Shown here: one piece after another, positions 54,826-64,000 of the stretch
Position numbering within the stretch: the first letter of the stretch is position 1
How the letters are laid out: every line of letters starts with the position of its first letter
Assembly: GCF_009914755.1 (NCBI RefSeq)
Contig: NC_060933.1
Length of the DNA stretch: 64,000 nucleotides
Reading direction: 5' to 3' (one strand)
DNA from: the human T2T-CHM13v2.0 reference genome, Homo sapiens
The notes under the pieces: model-generated
The model's input: the letters and a program-made list of their open reading frames with translations, nothing else
Databases searched by the model: none
What the model was told of the DNA's origin: nothing
Program-made: the position numbers and the translations under genes

Positions 54826-56066
54826 AAAGAAGGTCTGCATGACCTAAGGATCATTGTCCTCTGGAAAAAAACAAGTTTATTAATCTTGTGGGCAGCTTCC
54901 AGGAGGTCAGGACATCAAGTTAATCAATTATTAGTGAGTTAGTGACTACCTCTACTGTAAGTAATCATGCATGGAAGGAGGAAAGGACAAAGACAAAGGA
55001 AATTAAGTAAAGCAAACATCTTATGATTTTTATAATATAGGCTCAGTTACAGAAGTTTTCAACTAAACAATTGGGTGTGGTGTATCCAGATACTGCCAGC
55101 ATGTTATTTCAAAAGATGGTCATTAACCCCTTATTCCCAGTCCCTCTCTGCTGAGTTATGGAAATCAAACTCCACCCACTCCCACATTGTTCCCAATGTA
55201 TTTCTGAAAGCCTCTCAGGTTGCTGTCACCATGTGACACTTTGTGTGTGTATGGCTACCTCTAAAATTTTTGCTTAGAACAGTAACTGGCTCATGGTAAG
55301 CACTATGTGACATTAGCTATCATCATCAGCAACCTTAACACGTGGTTGGATCAAGTTCCTCATATTCCTTGTTACAGCCTCCTTGGCATGTGCTCCATGT
55401 CTCTCCCATGGCACTTTTGCTAATGGGCAGTGGGCCTTGCTCTAGCTGATGTTATCACCATCCCCTGAGCTGGAGGCGCAGGCACCGCAGTCCTGCTTAC
55501 CATTGCATCTCAAGTGGGGCGTTTTCTGTTCCCTATACTTCATCCCCAAAAAATGAAAGCCAGGCCACAACTTTTGATAGGTCCTTATTAAGACCCAGGA
55601 GTCAATGAAGAGACAAACAACAGAGAAATGGTTTGTGTAGCTCTTAGTAGTGGTTCTGCTCCAACCCCAGGGACCCAGATTCTCCTTAGGGTCTTTTATG
55701 GCTGCCTACCCCTTGGGAATATCTGAGCAAGACTAAGACAGAGCAATATGTTTCCCTCGGTCAAGAAAGCAAGAAAGCCCCTGAGCCACAACTCCGACTC
55801 AAGTCTATGTAACAATTTACATTTCCAAGTCAAGGCTTTGCCTCCTGTTCTAAAAGAACCAATTTTTCCCAAGTCCAGGCTGCATTTTCTGTTCTAAAAG
55901 AGCCAAATTTTATCGGTGGGGTCTTCCACACACTCCGATAAGAATCTTTGTGAGTATCCTCGATTTACATTAGTGACCAAAGGACACATTTTGGTGTTCC
56001 TAAAGCAAAGCAAAATGTTTGCCTGGAAGGCGAATTCAATCTTCCTTTGAGAAGACAGAAAATTGC

Positions 56067-56371
56067 TTTTATTTTTATTTTATTTATTTATTTGTCTGTT
56101 TTTGAGAAGGAGTTTCACTCTGTCACCCAGGCTGGACTGCAGTAGTGCAATCTTGGCTCACTGCAACCTCTGCATCCCAGTTCAAGCGATTCTCCTGCCT
56201 CAGCCTCCCGAGTAGCTGGGATCACAGGCCCTCTAATTTTTTGTATCTTTTAGTAGAGACGGGGTTTCACCATGTTGGCCAGGCTGGTCTCGAGTTCCTG
56301 GTCTCAAGTGATCAGCCAGCCTCAGCCTCCCAAAGTGCTGGGATTACAGGCAAGAGCCACTGCACCTGGCC
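56067..56371 (-). mobile_element. AluS with internal deletion
   Basis: TSD agaaaa(tt/ca)gctttta. Confidence 0.95.
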
Positions 56372-56529
56372 AGAAAACAGCTTTTAAATGTAAGATTTTC
56401 TTGGCACTATCTAATACCTTCTCTTCATGTCCACTACAAGCTTTAGGCATTCATTTCTCAAGCATAAGGACCATGTTAATACTTTATATACTTCAAAGAG
56501 ATGATCATACTGTCTCCTTAATGCAGGTA

Positions 56530-56900
56530 TACCTCAGGATTGACCTTGTCATGCTGCAGTGACAAACATCTCCAAAATGTTAGTGGCCTAAACCATAAAG
56601 ATTTGTTTGTTACTTACATCACATGTCCAGCACAGACTGTGCTCGTGGCATTCTCTCACAGGTCCAGGTGGGCCGAGCCACCATGAATTTCAGGCCACTG
56701 CCCCAAAGGGAATAAAGAACTCTAAGTCTTGCAACAATCAAATGTCCTGTCCTGGAAGTGACACATGTCATTTCTGCTCTCTACTCATCAACCAAAACTA
56801 GTCACATGGCCCCACTCAGCCGCACGGGCACCAGGAAGTGCAATTTCCCTCAGAGCACGGGAGAGATGACATATTTGGTGAACAGCACCAAGGACCACAA
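56530..56900 (-). mobile_element. Old MLT1 (J/K/L-like) LTR
   Basis: atgctgcagtgacaaac...aaactagtcacatggcccc...atatttggtgaacagca. Confidence 0.7.
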
Positions 56901-57709
56901 CATTCTGAGTAAATATTTAGTGACTAACTTTACTTTCTCTCCTCAGAGAAATCTCATGGATCTTCTTTACTTCCAGTTGGATTCTCTTTTATTTCTCTTC
57001 TTAAGGACTTAGACATTAAAAAACAAAACAAAACAAAAAAACAAGTAGGATCAATCACTTAGTACCAAGAATGCATTTTATTTTTCAGTCTACTCTTCTC
57101 TTTGTCTTTATTTTCCTCGCATTGCTTCTCTCACTCCTGGGCTTCTGACCCTTTCTGTCTCTCTAGCTTTGACAATACTCTGAAAACTTGAGCCTGGGGA
57201 CTTACATGGCTCTTGGAGAACTTGGCTCAGCTCCCTTTCTGGGTCCTGCCTTGTGTCAGACCTTTTCTCTCCCAAATATTCATGCTTCAGTATTCCAGAT
57301 TCCCAAGCATTCCCGAGAGAGCCTCAGTCATCTGTCCCTCCTCTCCTGAACTTTCAGCCCCAGAACCTTTTGGCATATAAAGAGAATCGTGTGGCAAAAA
57401 TTACAACCCTAGTTAGAGTTAATTCCTTCTTTTGGTGAAAAAAAAAAAGATTTCATGAAGGAAGAAGTTTTGCTGCAAGATGGTTTTAGTTACTTCCTAT
57501 ATTTTATCTGTTTAGCTTTAAGGTCCTTGCTGTCCAGTATTATAACTATTGTGATGGTTCAGGCTAAAGCTGCAGTAGTACGTGTTATTACTCAGGTATT
57601 ATGAAGAAGAGCTGTACAAAAGTAGCTTCTTCCAAGCGAAAAAGTTGTGCATTTTTAAAATTAAAAAGATGCAGTTTTTATAATTAAACCTTTAAAACAT
57701 TTAGGTGTA

Positions 57710-58010
57710 GGCCGGGTGTAGTGGCTCATGCCTGTAATCCCGGCACTTTGGGAGGCCAAGATGGGTGAATTGCTTGAGTGCGGGACTTCGAGACTAGTCT
57801 GGGCAAGAAGATGAAACCATATCTCTACAAAATACAAAATAATTAGCTGGGTGTGGTGGTGTGTGCCTGTAGTCCCAGCTACTCAGGAGGCTGAGATGGC
57901 AGGATCACTTGTGCCCAGGAGGTTGAGGCTGCAGTGAGCTGTGATGCTGCCACTGCACTGCAGCCTGGATGACGGATTGAGACCCAGTCTCAAACCAACA
58001 ACAACAAAAA
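57710..58010 (+). mobile_element. AluJ
   Basis: ggaggttgaggctgcagtgagctgtgat; degenerate TSD aaaac...ggtgta. Confidence 0.94.
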
Positions 58011-58687
58011 CTTTGGTGTATATTTAACATACTTAAACTTTCTCATAATGAGATAATTCACTCTGAGGTAAAACAGATATGTTTATCCCAACATGGGTAC
58101 AGTCTTGTTTTTAAGTCAGTCCTTTTTTTAGAGCCATCTCTAGACATATACACAGCTATAGAAATGTCTTTGCAACAGAAAAATGCAATGGAAAATAAAC
58201 CAGACCATGCACAGCATTAAAAGCAAATGATGTGATATATTGTAGGGCAGGCAGTTTTACACACTTCTGTTAGGTCAGGCTGATTTTCTAGTCTAAGATA
58301 AAAATCCAAACATGCTAAGCCAATGTATGTGGATTTCTATACAAAACATATGTGAATAATATTATCTTTTGCAGAGATTATGGGTAGGCCTTTTCTTGTA
58401 AATATAATCATCTGGGATTATGGTTCAATTCCTGGCACTGTCAGTGAGGTTTAGGAGTTTTCCAAGGACTGAAAGCTTTTGATTTTTCTATGCTATAGCT
58501 CCATTTTGACAGAGAATGACAGTGTATGAAGAAAACTGAGTCTTCCCCCTCACCTCCCACCAGGTGCAAGAGGCTCCTGTAACAAGATCAGCCTAGAAGT
58601 TCCTTCCCAGAGAAAGCAAAATGATCAAAAAAGGAGAAGTTGGGAACAAAATTTGACTAGACTAGGCCCTTTAAGTTTATTTCCATT

Positions 58688-58701
58688 CCACAAGGTGGCA
58701 G
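58688..58701 (+). promoter_or_regulatory. Candidate CTCF site
   Basis: CCACAAGGTGGCAG, one mismatch to the core consensus. Confidence 0.4.
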
Positions 58702-59201
58702 TAAATACATTCCTAAGGCTATCTGCTTGGGAGAAGAATGAAATGGCAAAGTATTATTTAGTCTCTGTGCTGGGAGAACTGATGCTGCTGAAACCAGAGT
58801 AAACACATTTAAGGATCAATCGAGCATCATTCATGAGAATTTCCTTCTCCAAACCCCTTCCTTAACTCTCAGGAAGGAAATGACAATGGGACCTTGAACT
58901 GGAGACCCCAGAACCTGCTTTTTCTCTACTACAATCTTGAGGTTTTATTAAAATTAGATAATAAGCAAGCCATCCTGTTAGCTGTCAAGGCTGAAAATAC
59001 AATCAACTGAAAGATAAGTTGGACAAAAAGAAATTCAGAAACAGTGTCCTTACAGCAAATGGCCATAGAATGGCCCAGTGACAATAATATTAGTTTACTT
59101 AGATGTTTACCTTTAAAGATAAATTCATTGATAATTTGGAGACAGCATATTAGAGTAGTTAGATTAGAACATCTTCAAATGTCAATCTTTTGGTTTCTGT
59201 A

Positions 59202-60499
59202 TGCTATGATTTGAATGTCTCCTCCAAAATTCATGTTGAAATGTAATCTCCAATGTGGTAGTATTGAGAGGTGTGGCCTTTAGGTGGTGCCTGGATTTAT
59301 TCATGGATCAATGAGCTGTCATTAAAGTGGGAATGGTAGCTTAGTAAGAAGAGGAAGAGAGATGGGAGCTAGCATGCTCAGCCCCCTCACGATGTGATGC
59401 CCTGTGCAGCCTCGGGCCTCTGCAAAGAGTCCTCACTGATTCCCTGCCCCCAGGAGGCAGGGAAACTCTGGGCAGAAGAGGGTGGGGCCCTTGCGGGGGA
59501 CCCACCCTCAAGCCGAAAAGCCTGAAACTGCTGCCCAAAGGTAGAACTTACATCCTTGTTTTCCTGCTCAAATGTTGCCATTTCCAAAACCACCCAAGGC
59601 CTGCCCTGCCCCTTATCCTGTGCCTATAAAAACCCCAGAACTCAGGTGGCAGAGAGGAGAAGCAGCTGGACATCGGAGACTATGGCTGGACATTGGAGAG
59701 AAGTGGTTTGACTTCAGAGGGACAGCTTGACAGTGAAGAATTCGGCCAGAGATAGCTGGACTTCAGGGGAAGATGATCTTTCCGCCTCATCCCCCTTTCA
59801 GCTCCCCTTCCTGCTGAGAGACACTTTAATCGGCAATAAAATCCCCCATGTTTACCATCCTTCAATTCGTTTGTGTGACCTCATTTCTCCTGGATGCTGG
59901 ACAACAGCTTGGGTGCCACGAGTGTGGATGCAAAAGGCTGTCACACTAACCCTTTACCCTCTCTAGCAGAAGGCAGCCACCTCAAATGAAAAGGCAGAGG
60001 ATCCATTGAGCTTTCAACACTTAAGCTGTGCGCTGAGGGCAAAGCTAAAAGAGCACTGTAACACTCCCTCTGGGGCTTCAGGGGTCATAGGCGCTCCCCC
60101 AGACACTGCTGTGGGGCCGTTACAGAGTTCACTCCTGCTGGTCCCCAAAAGCACTCGCCTTGGCTCCTGCACCTGTTCACCTGTGTGCTCCTTCCCTTGA
60201 GAGGTGAAGCGTAGTGGGTCTGAGTGAGTGGAGTTCGCCCCTGCTGGCCTCTCTCTCATGTGCCCTCTCCCGTGAGGAGTTGAGAGCTGCAGGCTGAGTG
60301 AATGAGGCATCCCCTTTTGAGTGCTGTGAAGGGGTCAGGGAAATATCCTGCTTCACCATCAGCAGAGAGGCTCTCTCCTGATGAGACCCGTCAACCTTGG
60401 ATTTCTCAGCCTCTATAACTAAGAAATAAATTCTTTTTCTTCAAAAATTATCCAGTTTCAGTTATCTTGTTATAAGCAACAGAAAATGGACTGAGACCA
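59202..60499 (+). mobile_element. MST-family (MSTC/D-like) LTR split by an LTR1-family element
   Basis: tgctatgatttgaatgtc...gagtcctcac / ccatcagcag...aatggactgagac. Confidence 0.82.
59437..60355 (+). mobile_element. LTR1-family solo LTR (ERV1, LTR1D-like)
   Basis: TG...CA; caggaggcagggaaactctgggcagaagaggg...ccaccctcaagcc; TATA (cctataaaa) and AATAAA intact. Confidence 0.8.
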
Positions 60500-61225
60500 T
60501 ATACATAGCCTGGATAAGCAGAATCAGAGTCATGATTTCATAGCATTTTTGTTTTTTACTCCTTTAATGCTAGAACTAGAGGAACATGCAAGATTTAGGT
60601 TAGATACAAAGAAGTTTCTAAACATGGGACTTGAAGTTCCTTTTCTGCAGGCCTAACCAAATTAGATTATTTTGTATGAATTATTTAGGGCTCTCCTAAT
60701 CCAATGTCTGAGTCCACATCTCTCCGTTGAAGTGATCAGATACTTGGAAGCACATGTTGACCACGCAACACAAATGTCAACAGACATTGATTGAGCTCCC
60801 ACATTTCAGTTTGGGTCCTGAAATTCAAGGATGAGAAAAACACATTGTCTGCCCTCAAGGAACGAAAGTCCCTTCTCCATCTCCTTCCAAAAGTTGGCTG
60901 GTAACCTTATTTGTGACCTCTGTTTCCATAAAACATTTGAGAGTATGGTTGGTGAAGAACTGAAGTTTTAGTTGGATCCCTGAATAGGCATTAAGCTGTG
61001 TAGCTAGTGCCTTGCTAAGATCTTTTCAGGACCATTGCTTGCCTGGTAAAATAAGAGTTTCCACTAATTTTCCTTGGCAGGGACTACAAAGTAGGGTTTA
61101 TTTTCTAACCATAGGATGATCCATAGCTAATAAATAGTACCCTCTTGGAAGAACGCAAGAAAATGTATTCTATTATTGAATGTAATTTGTTATTATATAT
61201 TATTTAATATAATTATATTATTTGA

Positions 61226-61555
<330 letters not shown>

Positions 61556-61589
61556 TGATGAGCGCAGTCTGCACCTCATAATGACTGTC

Positions 61590-61740
61590 TCAAGGTGTAA
61601 GGCAAGCACAAACACTATTGACTCTGTTTTACAGATCAGGAAAATGAGGCAACGACAAATTCATTCATCTATTCTTAGGGAAAGAGTTGATAATGGGCAA
61701 CTGCAGCCTGCAGGCGTCTGACCATATGCCATATCTTCTG
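61590..61740 (-). mobile_element. MIR fragment
   Basis: ttttacagatcaggaaaatgaggc. Confidence 0.55.
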
Positions 61741-62009
61741 CACAGAGTCTCTGTTGGACTAGACAGTATTTTTTGCACATTAGGAAAAGGTGCATCCCTT
61801 GCATGAATGCAGCCCTCTGTATGGGTAGCTACATTAGCAACAGGAGCGTGGGTTGGATTTTAGTCCCCAGTCACTTGCCTGGTTGGGTCCTCTTGTGCAG
61901 TCACGACTTGCAACTTGTACAACTTTGGGCCCTTCCTGTCTTTTTCTTTGTTATTACTTCACACTTGAGAATCAGCTTCTCAAAAGGTTTGGTGAGAAAA
62001 ATTGAGCAT

Positions 62010-62064
62010 TGGTGATGCCAGGCATATGGCAGATGCTTAATAAGTGTTTGCTCAATGAATGAAT
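62010..62064 (+). mobile_element. L2 3' terminus
   Basis: tgccaggcatatggcagatgcttaataagtgtttgctcaatgaatgaat. Confidence 0.65.
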
Positions 62065-63856
62065 TAGGACAGGTGTCCCATCATATGTGCCTGGTCACCC
62101 TGCACTACTGCATCACTGTAGCCATGCAGCTCCCCACAGAGGTCAGGGGTTAGGCACCGTTCTCATCTGAGTGCCTCTTTTTCTTGAGTATTATATTTCC
62201 TTAGAAGTAATTACTCCCAACCCTTGTGTGAGGAATAACCACTTTTCATTTCTGTGAAGCTGACCACACACCTATGTATAGGTGGGGCACCCTTCAAGGG
62301 AGCTGGGAAGAGGAAATTCCCAACAGCTATCCTCCTTCCACGCCAACTAGGATTCCGGGGAGAGGAGTGTGGTGGAGGCAGCCATCTTAGGGTTCTGTTA
62401 GACCAGACAGAGATTTCTGCATTTGACCTTGACCTGATGATTGGGAACCCTCAGAGCAGTACAGCTGCAGAACATTTCTTCCCTTTCATCAGGCCCAGAC
62501 ATTGTTTAGTGAGGAGTTACAGAAAATGTTTTGTTGTTTTCAAGGACTTGAAAAGCACCCTGTCAGCTCTCTCTCAGATAGAATGGAGTGCACCAAGCCT
62601 GCGGGGTTCCTTATCTTATAGTTATAACCAATGGAAAACTTGGAGGAGGAAGAATCTTTCTTCCTTCTGCATCTTCTGTCACACCAAGCCTGCTAGGCTG
62701 GGCATGTCAGAGCAGGTTCTTTGCTAATACCTAGAGGTTCCTGATAATGCCCAGCTTGGGCTAGACTGGCTGTAAGCCTAGGACAGGTGGGCTATTAGAT
62801 AAGCCACAGTGAACTCCTCTTTGTGAATGACAGAATTAGACTACTGAGGCATTCTCAGTTGTTTTCACAATGCAACTGTGCAAACAAGTGATCCTCCATT
62901 GAAAAGGAGACCCTTCCTTCCTCCTCCCTACACAGTCTCGTAACCAAGACAAATTACTTTCCCTTCCATGTCCCGACTCCCTCAATTTTCATCTTTATTG
63001 GGCAGATCAAGGATTATATCTTGATCCTTTAAGTTCCCAAACAAAGATGACTTCTTCATCGTTTTAATTTTTGTATTTTGATGGAATAGTTTTTTAAATG
63101 GCTGTCTTCATTTAACGTTTTGGTTGGTTATTTATTCATCTTTCTTGGGGGAGGTAAGTGAACAGGTGGGAATGCACTAACGAAAGGATGGTCTGCCATA
63201 GGAAACTCTACACCAGCAGCCGAGCAGCAAGCATGACCCGCTGTGCCCTGGCTTCTGAATTCTGACACACAGAATTTTTACTGCATGTACGGTTTACTCA
63301 CTGGTCAACAGATTCCTGCTGTTATAAAAATTTTATAGTTGTCTTGTGACAGTATGACTCTGAGGCCCCTAGAGAAGTCTAGGCATAAAAGAATATCTTC
63401 AGATGAGGAGGTTTACTCATGGGGGCCACCCCCAGGAGAGCAGATAAAAACCAGCTAAGAGGAGTATCTGCTGGGGAATGTGTTACTTCCATCTGAACTT
63501 GGAGTTGTGGAAACCACAAAGGTGCATATTGTTATTGCAGTGTTTCCAGCTAGGTATTGTTTATTTGTCCTTAATTGATGTGACATTTCTAAGGATAATC
63601 TTGACTAGCATTCCTTCAGGAGCAATGATGGGGAAAGATGACTTACTTTCAGTTACTTACCTACTGGCTTCCCGAGCCTTCCCTTTTGGATTATACCATC
63701 TTCCGAGAAATTAGCACGTAAATTATGGTCAGTTGAAGTAATGACCTATTAACTAGGCCAATGACTCCCTCCATAAAAGCAACACAGAATTATATATCTA
63801 TTTTTCCAGAAACTTTAATTCTTTTCTGACTGAACCCGTATAAACTTTTGAGATTA

Positions 63857-64000
63857 TGATATAGTTTGTATATTTGTCCCTGTCCAGATCTTATGTGGAG
63901 CCTGGGGAGAGTTGATTGGATCATGGGGGCGATTTCTCATGAATGGTTTAACACCATCCTCTTGGTGCTGTCCTAGTGATTGTGAGTTCTCGGGAGATCT
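63857..64000 (+). mobile_element. MSTA/MSTB LTR, cut by window end
   Basis: tgatatagtttgtatatttgtcc...catgaatggtttaacaccatcc. Confidence 0.8.

Noticed and set aside
62254-62727. 157-aa ORF in non-repeat DNA
   Set aside because: GTG start, no recognisable domain or exon structure; a length achievable by chance
63151-63159. Consensus donor GAG|GTAAGT
   Set aside because: No convincing paired acceptor/exon; isolated matches are expected by chance

Overview
Non-coding primate genomic DNA, intergenic or deep intronic. It is probably hominoid/human, since it carries AluY and an L1PA2/3-type 3' end. I found no cellular protein-coding exon, processed pseudogene, structural RNA gene, CpG island or CRISPR-like array. 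The ORF track is explained by Alu, L1, LTR and (TTTC)n sequence or by chance. Most of the window is transposon-derived: 29 Alu-family elements, a full-length but disrupted L1PA (45983-52411, minus strand) with nested insertions, several older L1 pieces, solo LTRs (LTR10A-, MER4A1-, MER57A1-, MER72-, LTR1-, MST- and MLT1-like), MADE2 and MER53 DNA-transposon remnants, and MIR/L2 relics. I cannot support a new biological system here. The features worth following up are (i) atypical retrotransposition or repair scars: a 5'-intact, tail-less L1 bounded by a target-site duplication (TSD), an Alu with a captured 78-bp segment and a second Alu terminus, a tail-less AluY, a tiny L1 with a probable 3' transduction, and several templated insertions; and (ii) a candidate CTCF + C/EBP + AP-1 + ARE enhancer at about 5.4-5.95 kb near an AP-1-bearing LTR10A. 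Repeat subfamily names come from remembered consensus sequences and need Dfam/RepeatMasker confirmation. Boundaries of old repeats are approximate.
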